This document shows positions 39,195-49,298 of a DNA stretch of 64,000 nt, piece after piece (the first letter of the stretch is position 1; every line of letters begins with the position of its first letter). A program made the translations under genes and the position numbers. This stretch comes from an uncultured Chloroflexia bacterium (GTDB taxonomy: Bacteria > Chloroflexota > Limnocylindria > Limnocylindrales > CSP1-4). The notes under the pieces were generated by a model, which was given only the letters and a program-made list of their open reading frames with translations, made no database searches and was not told the origin of the DNA. The stretch is from positions 619,095 through 683,094 of the forward strand of contig CAVTAW010000001.1 of assembly GCA_963732805.1 (NCBI GenBank), written 5' to 3'.

Positions 39195-40421
39195 ATGAAG
39201 CACTCTCGGACGATGGACGACGCGGACGGGCCTGGGCACCCGATCGTCAACACCCACGTCCATCTGCCTCCCAACTTCTCGGCGTTCGAGACGCCGGAGG
39301 CGGCCATCCGGGCGGCACGTGCCGAGGGTGCGCGGGTGGTCGGGGCGTCGAACTTCCATGACCTCCGGGTCTACCGGCGGTTCGCGGATGCCGCCGCGGC
39401 GGCCGGGATCCTTCCCCTGTTCGGGATCGAGCTCATCACGGTCGTGGACGATCTGCGGGATGCGGGAATCAAGGTGAACGATCCCGGCAATCCCGGCCGG
39501 ATGTACCTGTGCGGCAAGGGCATCGACCCGTTCGCGGCGGCCGGGTCGGAGGCAGGCCGGATCGCGGGCGCTGCCCGGATCGCCGACGAGGCGCGGGCCC
39601 GGGCGATGGCGGAGCGGCTGCGCGCGCGCTTCGACGCCGCGGGGCTGCCGACGCCGCTCAATGACCAGGTGATCGTGGACGAGGTCGCAGATCGCGCCGG
39701 CGTGCCACGCGAATGGGTCGTCCTCCAGGAGCGTCACGTGGCGATGGCCTTCCAGGAGGCGCTGTTCCTGCAGATCGCACCGGAGCGCCGGCCCGCCCTG
39801 CTGGCCCGCGCCTACGGCCGCCCGGCGACCGCCGATGTCGAGGATCCGATCGCGGTCCAGGCGGAGATCCGGTCGCGCCTCCTGAAGGCCGGGAGGCCGG
39901 CATTCGTCGCCGAGACGCCCCTGTCATTCGAGGATGCGTACCGGCTCGTGCTGGCATCGGACGGGGTGCCCGCCTACCCGACGCTCGCGGACGGCACCTC
40001 CCCGGTCTGCCCGTTCGAGCACCCCCCGGAGGAGCTGGCGGTGCGCCTGAAGCAGCGAGGCCTCCACCTGGCCGAGCTGATCCCCGGCCGGAACGCACCC
40101 GCCGTTGTGGACGCGTACGTCCGCGCCTTCCGGGCGGTCGGCATCGCCGTCATGGCTGGCACGGAGCACAACACGCTCGACGCGATCCCGTTCGACCCGG
40201 CCTGTCGCGGCGGCCGGCCGCTCTCGAGCGAGGCGCGCGCCGCGTTCTGGGAGGGGACGTGCGTGGTCGTGGCGCACCAGGTGCGGCGGCGCCGCGGTCA
40301 CGGCGGGTTCGTGGACCGGGACGGGGTCCCGGCGCCGGGGTTCGCGGACGACGATGCCCGGATCCGCTGGTTCGCCGGGCTGGGTGCCCGGATCATCGCG
40401 GGCGAGGAGGTCGCCGCATGA
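39195..40421 (+). CDS. PHP-domain-like metal-dependent phosphoesterase (function unknown)
   Basis: 408 aa. The N-terminal VNTHVHLPPNFSAF, then LFGIELITV, and the late MAGTEHNT look like the His/Glu metal-ligand motifs of the PHP fold. This is a family-level call from memory. Confidence 0.55.
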   Translation: MKHSRTMDDADGPGHPIVNTHVHLPPNFSAFETPEAAIRAARAEGARVVGASNFHDLRVYRRFADAAAAAGILPLFGIELITVVDDLRDAGIKVNDPGNPGRMYLCGKGIDPFAAAGSEAGRIAGAARIADEARARAMAERLRARFDAAGLPTPLNDQVIVDEVADRAGVPREWVVLQERHVAMAFQEALFLQIAPERRPALLARAYGRPATADVEDPIAVQAEIRSRLLKAGRPAFVAETPLSFEDAYRLVLASDGVPAYPTLADGTSPVCPFEHPPEELAVRLKQRGLHLAELIPGRNAPAVVDAYVRAFRAVGIAVMAGTEHNTLDAIPFDPACRGGRPLSSEARAAFWEGTCVVVAHQVRRRRGHGGFVDRDGVPAPGFADDDARIRWFAGLGARIIAGEEVAA

Positions 40422-42448
40422 GCACGAGCGTGCCGGGTTCCGCGCGTCCCGGGACGGACCCCCGGGTCGCCGAGCTGGTCGAGCTGGCGCAGCGCTTCGG
40501 ACGGGACCCGGAGTTCTCCCGCGGCGGGGGCGGCAACGCCTCGGTCAAGACGGAGGGCGTCCTGTGGATCAAGCCCAGCGGGGTTCCGCTGGCGACGCTC
40601 GAAGCCGACGACCTCGTCCCGCTCGACCGGGCCATGCTGCACGCCTTCCTGGACGAGCCGCCGGCCGCCGGACCGGGCGAGGACCCCGTGATCCAGGCGG
40701 CCGAGCGTGCCCGGCTGGCGGTGGACGACGGCCGCCGGCCGTCCGTCGAGCTCCTGTTCCACGCGCTCCTCGACGAGCGGCTTGTCCTGCACACGCACCC
40801 GATCGTCATCAACGCGGTGACCTGCAACCGGGACGGTGAGGCGATCGCGCGACGCCTGTTCGGCGACGATGTCGTGTGGGTCCCGTACACGGACCCGGGC
40901 CTGCCGCTCGCGCGGGCCATCCGCGACGCACGCGAGGCCCATGCGCGGCGGACGGGCACCCGGGCTCCCGGCATCACGCTGATGCAGAACCACGGGCTCA
41001 TCGTCGCCGGGGATGACCCCGAGGAGATCGACGCAGCCTCGCGACGGCTGGCCCGCGTGATCTCCGAGGCGGTCGACGTCGTGCCTCCGACGTGGACGTC
41101 GGAGGCGGCCGGCGATGGGACCGCGGCCGCCGGCGTTCAGGCCCTGGCGCCGGCGCTCCGGGCCGTCCTGTCGGGCGACCGAGGCCGGGTGCTCGTGTTC
41201 GACGATGCACCCGTGGCCGCCGCGTTCACGGCGACGGCGCCGGGGCGTTCGTTCGTGCTCGGCGGTCCGCTGACCCCGGACCAGATCGTCTATGCCGGGT
41301 CGTTCCCGCTGCTAATCGATCTCGGCCGGGTCGACCCCGGGGATGTCCCGGTCGTCGTCGCCGAGCGACTCGCCACGCGGCGTGCCGCCGGGCTCCCGAG
41401 CCCGATCGTCACCGTCGTGCCCGGGGTCGGCCTGTTCGCCGCCGGCGACACGTGGGCCGAGGCCGACACCGCCCGGCACATCTACCTCGACGCGCTACGG
41501 GTCGGCGAGGCCGCCGCGCGCCTGGGGACCGTGCGCCACCTCGCGGACGCCGAGCGCCGGTTCATCGAGAGCTGGGAGGCCGAGGCGTATCGCCGACAGG
41601 TCCATGCCGGCGACGACATCCCGGGGCGCGTCGCGGGCCGGATCGCGCTGGTCACCGGTGCGGCCCAGGGGTTCGGCCTCGCGATTGCCGAGGACCTGGT
41701 CGCCCAGGGGGCCCACGTCGTGCTGGCCGACCTCAACGTCGCGCTCGCCGAGGCCAATGCCGCCGCGCTCGCCGGTCGCTTCGGTCCGGGCCGCGCGCTG
41801 GCCGTCGCGATGGACGTCACCGATGACGCCAGCGTCGAGGCCGGCATCGCGGCGACGGTCCGCGCCTACGGGGGCCTGGACATCCTGGTCTCCAATGCCG
41901 GCGTGCTGCGGGCGGGCGGCGTGACCACCCAGCCCGTGGCGGAGTTCGACCTCGTGACCAACGTGAACTACCGGGGCTACTTCCTCGCGGTGAAGCACGC
42001 CGCGCCGGTCATGGCCCTCCAGCACGCGGTCAACCCGTCGTGGTGGAGCGACATCATCGAGATCAACTCGAAGTCCGGTCTCGAGGGCTCGAGCCGCAAC
42101 GGCGCCTACGCAGGATCCAAGTTCGGGGGCATCGGGCTGACCCAGTCGTTCGCGCTGGAGCTCGTGGGTGACGGCATCAAGGTCAACGCGATCTGCCCCG
42201 GCAACTTCCTCGACGGCCCCCTGTGGTCTGATCCCGAGAACGGCCTGTTCGTCCAGTACCTGCGCGAGGGCAAGGTGCCGGGCGCGACGACCGTTGAGGA
42301 CGTCCGGCGGTTCTACGAGGCGAAGGTGCCCATGGGCCGCGGCTGCACCCCCGGGGACGTGATGGAGGCCCTGTACTACCTCGTGGCCCAGCGGTACGAG
42401 ACGGGTCAGGCGCTGCCGGTCACCGGCGGCCAGGTGATGCTGAGCTGA
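40418..42448 (+). CDS. rhaEW: Bifunctional rhamnulose-1-phosphate aldolase / short-chain dehydrogenase (RhaEW-type, lactaldehyde dehydrogenase half)
   Basis: ATG 40418 overlaps the upstream stop (ATGA). 676 aa. N-terminal class II aldolase half (GGGGNASVKTEGVLWIKPSG...LHTHP). C-terminal SDR half (ALVTGAAQGFGLAIA, NAGV, YAGSKFGGIGL). Confidence 0.85.
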   Translation: MSTSVPGSARPGTDPRVAELVELAQRFGRDPEFSRGGGGNASVKTEGVLWIKPSGVPLATLEADDLVPLDRAMLHAFLDEPPAAGPGEDPVIQAAERARLAVDDGRRPSVELLFHALLDERLVLHTHPIVINAVTCNRDGEAIARRLFGDDVVWVPYTDPGLPLARAIRDAREAHARRTGTRAPGITLMQNHGLIVAGDDPEEIDAASRRLARVISEAVDVVPPTWTSEAAGDGTAAAGVQALAPALRAVLSGDRGRVLVFDDAPVAAAFTATAPGRSFVLGGPLTPDQIVYAGSFPLLIDLGRVDPGDVPVVVAERLATRRAAGLPSPIVTVVPGVGLFAAGDTWAEADTARHIYLDALRVGEAAARLGTVRHLADAERRFIESWEAEAYRRQVHAGDDIPGRVAGRIALVTGAAQGFGLAIAEDLVAQGAHVVLADLNVALAEANAAALAGRFGPGRALAVAMDVTDDASVEAGIAATVRAYGGLDILVSNAGVLRAGGVTTQPVAEFDLVTNVNYRGYFLAVKHAAPVMALQHAVNPSWWSDIIEINSKSGLEGSSRNGAYAGSKFGGIGLTQSFALELVGDGIKVNAICPGNFLDGPLWSDPENGLFVQYLREGKVPGATTVEDVRRFYEAKVPMGRGCTPGDVMEALYYLVAQRYETGQALPVTGGQVMLS

Positions 42449-42473
42449 CCGGGACCCACCAGGAGCCGCGACG

Positions 42474-44204
42474 TTGACCAACCTTCCCGCCACCCAGCAC
42501 GCCATCCAGTTCACGGGTCCCAACGAGATCATCCATAACCGGGCAAAGCCGGTGCCGGTGCCGGGACCGCACCAGCTCGTGCTGCAGGTGGAGGCGGTCG
42601 GCCTGTGCTTCTCCGACACCAAGCTGCTGCACGCGTTCTCGGCCCATCCCCGCAAGAGCGAGGTGCTGGCCGGTCTCGAGCCCGAGGTCCTGGCGGAGAT
42701 CGCGAGCTACACGCCGGGCGACCTGCCGCTGGTGCCGGGCCACGAGTGCGCCGGCCGGATCGTCGCCGTCGGGGACGCCGTGACGCGCCATGGGGTCGGG
42801 GAGCGCGTCCTCGTCCAGACCGACTACCGTCACCTGCCGACGGCGGGCGCCAACGCGGCCTTCGGCTACAACTTCGAGGGCGGGCTCCAGGAATACGTCC
42901 TGCTCGACGAGCGGATGATCCTCGACCCGTCGACGGGGGAGCGGTTCCTGATCCCCGTGGGTGAACAGCCGTCCGGATCGGCCGTGGGGCTCCTTGAGCC
43001 CTGGGCGTGTGTCGAGCGCTCGTACGCGTCCCAGGAGCGCGCCGCCCTCACGGAGGGCGGCCGGCTGCTGGTCGTCGCCGAGCCGGACCGGACGCTGGAC
43101 GGCCTCGACACGCTTGTCGGCGCCTCGCGTCCCGGGACGGTGACCGCGGTCCTTGCCGGTGACGCCGAGGTGCGCGACGTCGCCCGGGTGTTCGATGCCC
43201 AGGGGATCGCGGTCCGCCACGCCGCGACCCTCGACGCGATCGCGGGCGAGCGCTTCGACGACATCGTGTACTTCGGAGCCGGCGCCGGCCGCATCGAGGC
43301 TCTCCAGGACCTGATGGCACCGCGCGCCACGATCGACGTGGTGCTGGGTGGGGCCACGGTGGACCGCCCCGTCGCCGTCGACGTCGGCCGCATCCACTAC
43401 GACCTGCTGCGCTGGATCGGCACGTCGGGCAGCAACGCTGCCGAGGGCTATGCCCGCGTCCCCGCGAGCGGGGAGCTGCGCCAGGGCGACCGGGTCGCCA
43501 TCGTGGGTGCCGCGGGCCCGATGGGGTTCATGCACGTGATCCGGGCGCTGACCATCGGCATCCCCGGGGTGTCGGTGGATGCGATCGACATCGATGACGC
43601 CCGCCTGGCCCACCTCGCGGCGATCGGCGGTCCGCTCGCGCGCGCGGCGGGGATCGAGGCCCGCTTCCGCAACAGCCGGACGGATCCTCCCCCCGACAGC
43701 ACATACGACGACGTCGGGGTCATGGTGCCGGCGCCGCCGCTCGTCCTCCAGGCCATCGCGATGGCGGCCCCGCGGGCCCGTGTCAACCTGTTCGCCGGGT
43801 TCGCGGTCGGGACGCGGGCCCAGGTCGATCTGACGGACCTCATTGGGCGGGAGATCTTCCTGTTCGGGACCAGCGGCTCGGAGATCCCGGACATGCAGGC
43901 GGTGCTCGCGCGGCTCGAGGCCGGCCGCCTGGACACCAACGTCTCGCTCGACGCGGTCTGCGGGATGGAGGGCGTGACGGACGCGCTGGCCGCGATCGAG
44001 GCCCGGTCCTCCGGTGGGAAGATCGTCGTCTACCCCCGGCTGCACGAGCTCGGCATGATCCGCCTGGGCGAGCTGTCCCAGCGCTTCCCGCAGGTTGCCG
44101 CGAAGCTCCACGACGGTTGCTGGACGCGCGAGGCGGAGGAGGCGTTGCTCGCGGCGGCGGGGTCCCGCCCCGACGGGTCCACCGCGGACGACGCTCCGGC
44201 ATGA
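42474..44204 (+). CDS. Atypically long (576 aa) MDR-superfamily dehydrogenase with an extra Rossmann-like insert
   Basis: TTG start. GroES-like part CFSDTKLL...PGHECAGRIVAVGDAV. A degenerate segment GGRLLVVAEPD...DIVYFGAGAG follows, then a second canonical GDRVAIVGAAGPMGFMHVI dinucleotide fold. Confidence 0.7.
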   Translation: MTNLPATQHAIQFTGPNEIIHNRAKPVPVPGPHQLVLQVEAVGLCFSDTKLLHAFSAHPRKSEVLAGLEPEVLAEIASYTPGDLPLVPGHECAGRIVAVGDAVTRHGVGERVLVQTDYRHLPTAGANAAFGYNFEGGLQEYVLLDERMILDPSTGERFLIPVGEQPSGSAVGLLEPWACVERSYASQERAALTEGGRLLVVAEPDRTLDGLDTLVGASRPGTVTAVLAGDAEVRDVARVFDAQGIAVRHAATLDAIAGERFDDIVYFGAGAGRIEALQDLMAPRATIDVVLGGATVDRPVAVDVGRIHYDLLRWIGTSGSNAAEGYARVPASGELRQGDRVAIVGAAGPMGFMHVIRALTIGIPGVSVDAIDIDDARLAHLAAIGGPLARAAGIEARFRNSRTDPPPDSTYDDVGVMVPAPPLVLQAIAMAAPRARVNLFAGFAVGTRAQVDLTDLIGREIFLFGTSGSEIPDMQAVLARLEAGRLDTNVSLDAVCGMEGVTDALAAIEARSSGGKIVVYPRLHELGMIRLGELSQRFPQVAAKLHDGCWTREAEEALLAAAGSRPDGSTADDAPA

Positions 44205-45208
44205 GGGTCGCGCGGCTCCACGGCCGGGGCGACCTCCGGCTCGCCGACGAGCCGGTTCCCCGGCCCGGCCCGGGCGAGGCCCTGGTGCGGGTCACCGCGG
44301 TGGGCATCTGCGGCTCGGACCTCCACTGGTACCTGGAGTCGGAGATCGGCGGGGCCGTGCTGGCCCGGCCGCTGGTGCTCGGTCATGAGGCGGCAGGCGT
44401 GATCGCCTCCGGCCCGCGCGCCGGCACCCGGGTCGCCATCGACCCGAGCGTGCCCTGCGGGACATGCGCGACGTGCGCCCGGGATCTCGGCCACCTGTGC
44501 CCCCGGGTCCGGTTCCTGGGCCACAGCGATACCGACGGCGCCCTCCGCGAGCAGCTTGCCTGGCCCGAGGCGCAGCTGGTGCCGCTGCCCGACACGGTCG
44601 ACGACATCGAGGGCGCGCTGCTCGAGCCGCTGGGCGTCGCGATCCACGCGCTGCGCTTGGCCGGGCTGCCCCCGGGCGGCTCCATCGGCATCTTCGGCGC
44701 GGGCCCCATCGGCCGGCTGCTCATCCGGCTCGCGCGGCTCGCCGGCGCGAGCACCGTCGTCGCGACGGATCGGCTGTCGCACCGGGTCGAGGGCGCCCGG
44801 GAGGACGACGCCCTGGCCGAGATCGTGGCAGGCGGCGCCGAGCGCGATCGGCTCCTCGACGCCCTGGGCGGGCGGCCGCTGGACGCATCGATCGAGATCG
44901 CGGGCGACGACGACGCCATCGCCACCGCGGTGGCGCTGACGCGACCGGCCGGGACCGTCGTCGTCGCCGGCATCGGCCCGGGCAGCGATTCGGTGGTGCC
45001 CGCCGCCGCCGCCCGTCGCAAGGGGCTGGACCTGCGGTTCTCGCGGCGCATGCACCACACCTACGACGAGGCGATCGCCCTCGTCGCGGACGGCCGGATC
45101 CGTCCTGCCGAGGTGGTCAGCGATGCGCTGGGCCTGTCCGACATCGTGCCCGCGTTCGAGCGCGCGGCCCACCGCTCCGGGCACAAGGTGATCGTGCTGC
45201 CGGGGTAG
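44201..45208 (+). CDS. Zn-dependent alcohol/polyol dehydrogenase (MDR, sorbitol/threonine-DH-like)
   Basis: ATG 44201 overlaps the upstream stop (ATGA). GICGSDLHWY, GHEAAGVI, CGTCATC structural-Zn region, IFGAGPIGRL. Confidence 0.85.
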   Translation: MRVARLHGRGDLRLADEPVPRPGPGEALVRVTAVGICGSDLHWYLESEIGGAVLARPLVLGHEAAGVIASGPRAGTRVAIDPSVPCGTCATCARDLGHLCPRVRFLGHSDTDGALREQLAWPEAQLVPLPDTVDDIEGALLEPLGVAIHALRLAGLPPGGSIGIFGAGPIGRLLIRLARLAGASTVVATDRLSHRVEGAREDDALAEIVAGGAERDRLLDALGGRPLDASIEIAGDDDAIATAVALTRPAGTVVVAGIGPGSDSVVPAAAARRKGLDLRFSRRMHHTYDEAIALVADGRIRPAEVVSDALGLSDIVPAFERAAHRSGHKVIVLPG

Positions 45209-45271
45209 AATCCGTCTTTCGGCGACCGTGGAGATGCCGGCCCACGATCCGGGCCGGCCCCGGAGGACGCC

Positions 45272-46321
45272 ATGGCAGCGGTTGGGCTCGTCGTCAACCC
45301 CGGCGCATCGCGCGATGTGCGCCGCCTCACGTCGCTCGCGCGGACCGTCGACGCCAACGAGCAGGTGAACGCGGTTGCCCGGGTCCTGTGCGGCCTGGCC
45401 GCCGGCGGCGTCGGTGCCGTGGTCTACATGCCGGAGGCGTCGCACGTCGTCGAGCGTGCCGCGGCCGTGCTCGCCGCGACATCCGCCGCAGCAACATGGG
45501 TGCCACCCCGGCTGGTGCCGGTCCCGATGACCGGGGACGGCTACGCGAGCGACGCTGCCGGGACGAGCGAGGCGGCCGCGGGGATCGCCGCCCTGAGGGC
45601 CGCCTGCCTCGTGACGCTGGGCGGCGACGGGACGAACCGGGCCGTCGTGGCGGGCTGGCCGGACGCGGTCCTGCTCCCGCTGGCCGGTGGCACCAACAAT
45701 GCCTTTGGCACGAGGCTGGACCCGACCGCGGCGGGCTACGCGGCCGCCCTCTACGCAACCGATCCGGTACGCCATGCGACCCACGTGGCGACCCGTGCCA
45801 GGCTCGACGTGCAGGTCGACGGGCGGGCGACGTTCGCGCTCGTGGACCTGGCGGTGGTGCGCGGCGGCTGGGTGGGTGCGCACGCGATCTGGGACCCCGA
45901 GCTCCTGGTGGAGGCCATCGTCGCCCGCAGCGATCCGACCGTGCCGGGCCTCGCGGGGGTTGCCGGCATGGTCCACCCGCTCGGGGAGGGCGAGCGCCGG
46001 GCCCTCCACCTCACCTTCGACCGGTCCGGGCCGATGGTGCTGGCACCGCTCGGGCCAGGGCAGCTCATCCCGATCGGGATCACCGGCTCGCGGACGGTCG
46101 GGCTCGACGAGACGATCGTCATGCCGGGTCGTGCCGCCGCGGCGCTCGGTCCGGTCACCCTCGCCTTCGACGGCGAGCGCGAGCTCACCCTGGGCCACGG
46201 CGAGACCGTGGAGGTCCGGCTCGCCGGCGACGGACCCCGCGTGCTGGGGGCGGCGGCGCTGCTCCGGCAGGCCGCGAGCGAGGGCCGGTTGCTGGGCGCT
46301 GAACCGGCGCCGGCCGGATGA
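45272..46321 (+). CDS. ATP-NAD kinase-like protein (AcoX-like)
   Basis: 349 aa. The GGDGT motif (LVTLGGDGTNRAV) and GGTNNAF are present. Its position immediately upstream of a lipoate ligase and an E1/E2 set mirrors the acoX-acoABC arrangement. Confidence 0.65.
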   Translation: MAAVGLVVNPGASRDVRRLTSLARTVDANEQVNAVARVLCGLAAGGVGAVVYMPEASHVVERAAAVLAATSAAATWVPPRLVPVPMTGDGYASDAAGTSEAAAGIAALRAACLVTLGGDGTNRAVVAGWPDAVLLPLAGGTNNAFGTRLDPTAAGYAAALYATDPVRHATHVATRARLDVQVDGRATFALVDLAVVRGGWVGAHAIWDPELLVEAIVARSDPTVPGLAGVAGMVHPLGEGERRALHLTFDRSGPMVLAPLGPGQLIPIGITGSRTVGLDETIVMPGRAAAALGPVTLAFDGERELTLGHGETVEVRLAGDGPRVLGAAALLRQAASEGRLLGAEPAPAG

Positions 46322-47124
46322 CCGTGTCGGGGATCGAACGTCCGTGGCGGGTCCTCGCCGATGACGGCGAGCGGGACGCTCGTCGGAACCTCGCCCTGGA
46401 CGAGGCGCTGGGTCGCGTGGGCAGCCCGAATCCGACCGTCCGGCTGTGGCGGAACCACCCGTGCGTCGTCATCGGCCGGTCGCAGATCGCCGAGGCCGAG
46501 GTCGACATGGCGGCATGCCTCGAGCTGGGTGTTCCGGTGCTGCGTCGGTTCACCGGCGGCGGGACGGTCTACCACGACCCCGGCAATCTCAACGTCACGA
46601 TCGTGCTCTCGCGAGACGACCCCCGGCTGGTCGAGGACCCGTCGCTGTCCCGGGTTCCTGGTCTCTACCGGCTGTTGCTGGAGCCGCTCGCCGCCGCCGT
46701 GACCTCGCTGGGCGTGCCCGCCCGGGCGACCGAGCGGGAGGTGCTCGTGGCGGGCGCGAAGGTCAGCGGCATCGCGGGCTGGGTCGGCGCGCGCTCGCTG
46801 CTGGTGCACGGCACGCTCCTGGTGGATGCCGACCTCCGGGCGCTCGACCGGGTGCTGGACGGACCGGGGGCACCGGGCGATCCGCGCTGGGAGCGGACGC
46901 GCAGCCGGCGAGCGACGGTGACGTCCCTCGCCCGCGCGCTCGGCGCGGAGCGCGACACGACGGATGGCGGCGGGCTCGGCGCGGCCGCCGACGCGGCGGT
47001 CCTCACCCAGATCGCAGACGGCACGGGTAAACCGGGCCGGGTCACGGAGCAGGAGGCAACCACCGCCCTGGCACTGATCAACGCCCGCTACGGGCTGCCG
47101 GAATGGCATCGCAGCGGGCACTAG
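46318..47124 (+). CDS. Lipoate-protein ligase family protein (LplA/LipB-fold)
   Basis: ATG 46318 overlaps the upstream stop (ATGA). VRLWRNHPCVVIGRSQ...RRFTGGGTVYHDPGNLNVTIV...GAKVSGIAG. Confidence 0.8.
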   Translation: MTVSGIERPWRVLADDGERDARRNLALDEALGRVGSPNPTVRLWRNHPCVVIGRSQIAEAEVDMAACLELGVPVLRRFTGGGTVYHDPGNLNVTIVLSRDDPRLVEDPSLSRVPGLYRLLLEPLAAAVTSLGVPARATEREVLVAGAKVSGIAGWVGARSLLVHGTLLVDADLRALDRVLDGPGAPGDPRWERTRSRRATVTSLARALGAERDTTDGGGLGAAADAAVLTQIADGTGKPGRVTEQEATTALALINARYGLPEWHRSGH

Positions 47125-47199
47125 TCGAAGGGAGGGAATGCATCCCACGACATCACCGACGGTCGTCCGCCGTTCTGCCTGTGTGAAGGAGGCTCATCG

Positions 47200-48188
47200 A
47201 TGCCCACCAACGAGACGCTGCGCGAGATGCACCACCAGATGGTTCGCATCCGCCTGTTCGAGGAGACGATCCAGAAGTGCTACTTCGAGGGCAAGACGCC
47301 GGCCTTCGACATCGCCGCCGGCCCGGTCCCGGGTGAGATGCACCTCGCGGCCGGGCAGGAGCCGGTGGCCGCCGGCGTGTGCGCCCACCTCCGCCCGACC
47401 GACGCCGTGACCGCAACCCACCGCCCGCACCACGTCGCGCTGGCGCACGGGATGGACATGCAGCAAGCTTGCCGCCGAGATTTTCGGCAAGGAGACCGGG
47501 CTGGGTCGCGGCAAGGGCGGCCACATGCACCTGTTCGACGCCGCCACCAGCTTCGGCTGCAGCGGCATCATCGCGGAGGGCATGCCGCGGCGCCGTCGGC
47601 GCGGGGCTGGCGTTCAAGAAGCGCGGGAAGGACAACGTCGCCGTCTCGTTCTTCGGCGAAGGCGCCGCGAACCAGGGCGCGTTCCACGAGTCGCTCAACC
47701 TGGCCGCCCTGTGGACGCCTGCCGGTGGTGTTCGTGTGCGAGGACAACGCGTGGGCGATCAGCGTCCCGAAGGACAAGGCGACGGCCATCGCCAACAACA
47801 GCGACCGCGCGGCTGCGTACGGCATCCCCGGCGTGCTGGTTCCCGACAACGACCCGGTCGCGGTCTACGAGGCGGCCGGCGAGGCAGTCGCGCGGGCCCG
47901 CCGCGGCGGCGGTCCGTCCCTGATCGAGGTGAAGACCGACCGGCTCTTCGGCCATTTCGAGGGCGATCCCCAGGTCTACCGGACGAAGGAGGAGATGGCC
48001 CTGCTCACCGAGCGCGACGCGCATTCGCGCGTTCGAGCGCCGGCTGATCGACACCGACGTGCTCGCGAGCGACCGATGCCCAGGCGGTCTGGGACCGGGC
48101 CGGTGCGGAGGTGGACGCGGCGATCGAGTTCGCTCGCTCGAGCCCGTACCCGGCCCCCGAGTCCGCCCTTGAGCACGTCTTCGCCTGA
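47200..48188 (+). pseudogene. E1 alpha subunit (AcoA/PdhA-type TPP enzyme) with five net +1 frame breaks
   Basis: ATG 47200 behind GAAGGAGG. Family-collinear sequence is recovered by switching frame at about 47467, 47590, 47716, 48019 and 48074. The repaired length is 327 aa and the stop is at 48186-48188. The pieces appear in track ORFs 47200, 47525 and 47379. Confidence 0.8.
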
Positions 48189-48204
48189 TCGAAGGGAGTC
48201 ACCG

Positions 48205-49223
48205 ATGGCAGTCGAAACCAAGCGCCTGCTGACCACGTCGAAGGCGATCTCGGAAGGCGATCGCCCAGGAGATGGAGCGCGACCCGAGCGTCTTCGTGAT
48301 GGGCGAGGACATCGGCGTCTACGGCGGCATCTTCGGGGCAACCGAGGGCCTGCTCGCCAGGTTCGGACCCGAGCGGGTGATGGACACGCCGATCTCGGAG
48401 ACCGCGTTCATCGGCGCCGCCACGGGCGCGGCGCTCGCGGGGATGCGGCCGATCGCCGAGCTGATGTTCGTCGACTTCTTCGGCGTGTGCATGGACCAGA
48501 TCTACAACCACATGGCCAAGATCCACTACGAGTCTGGCGGGAACCTGAACGTGCCGGTCGTGCTGACGACCGCCATCGGCGGCGGCTACAGCGATGCGGC
48601 GCAGCACTCGCAGACGCTGTACGGGATGTTCGCCCACCTGCCGGGCATGAAGGTCGTCGTGCCCTCCACGCCGTACGACGCGAAGGGCCTGATGATCTCG
48701 GCGATCCGGGACGACAACCCGGTCCTGTACATGTTCCACAAGGGGATCATGGGGCTCGGCTGGATGACGCCCAACCCGCGCGCGACCGCCCCGGTCCCCG
48801 AGGAGCCGTACACCGTCCCGATCGGGAAGGCGGACATCAAGCGGGAGGGCCGCGACGTCACCATCGTCACCCTGTCGCTGATGGTCCATCGCGCGCTCGA
48901 CGCGGCGGAGGACCTGGCGGCCGAGGGCATCGAGGCCGAGGTGCTCGACCTGCGCACGGTCGTCCCGCTGGACCGCGAGGCGATCCTCGAGTCGGTGCGC
49001 AAGACCCACCGGCTGCTCGTCGTCGACGAGGACTACCGGAGCTTCGGCCTGTCCGGCGAGGTCATCGCCACCGCGGTCCAGGGAGCGTTCGACCACCTCG
49101 ACGCGCCGCCGGCGCGCCTGGCCTATCCGGACGTGCCGATCCCGTACAGCCGGCCGCTCGAGCAGTTCTGCCTGCCGGATCGCACCAAGATCGCCGCTGC
49201 CGTCCGTGGAGCTGATGGGCTGA
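48205..49223 (+). pseudogene. E1 beta subunit (AcoB/PdhB-type) with two net +1 frame breaks
   Basis: ATG 48205 behind GAAGGGAG. MAVETKRLLTTSKAISE then AIAQEMERDPSVFVMGEDIG... (track ORF 48272) after a break near 48256. A second break near 49208 restores ...AAAVR-ELMG-stop at 49221-49223. The repaired length is 338 aa. Confidence 0.8.
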
Positions 49224-49298
49224 ATCGGCGGCGGGCGCACTGGGCGGCCGGACGGCTCCGCCGTCGGTGCCTGTCGCGCGTGTCAACGGAGGTGGGCG

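Noticed and set aside
39158-39361. 67-aa ORF starting inside the candidate operator
   Set aside because: It overlaps the better-supported PHP-like gene out of frame, has Arg-rich composition and has no RBS.
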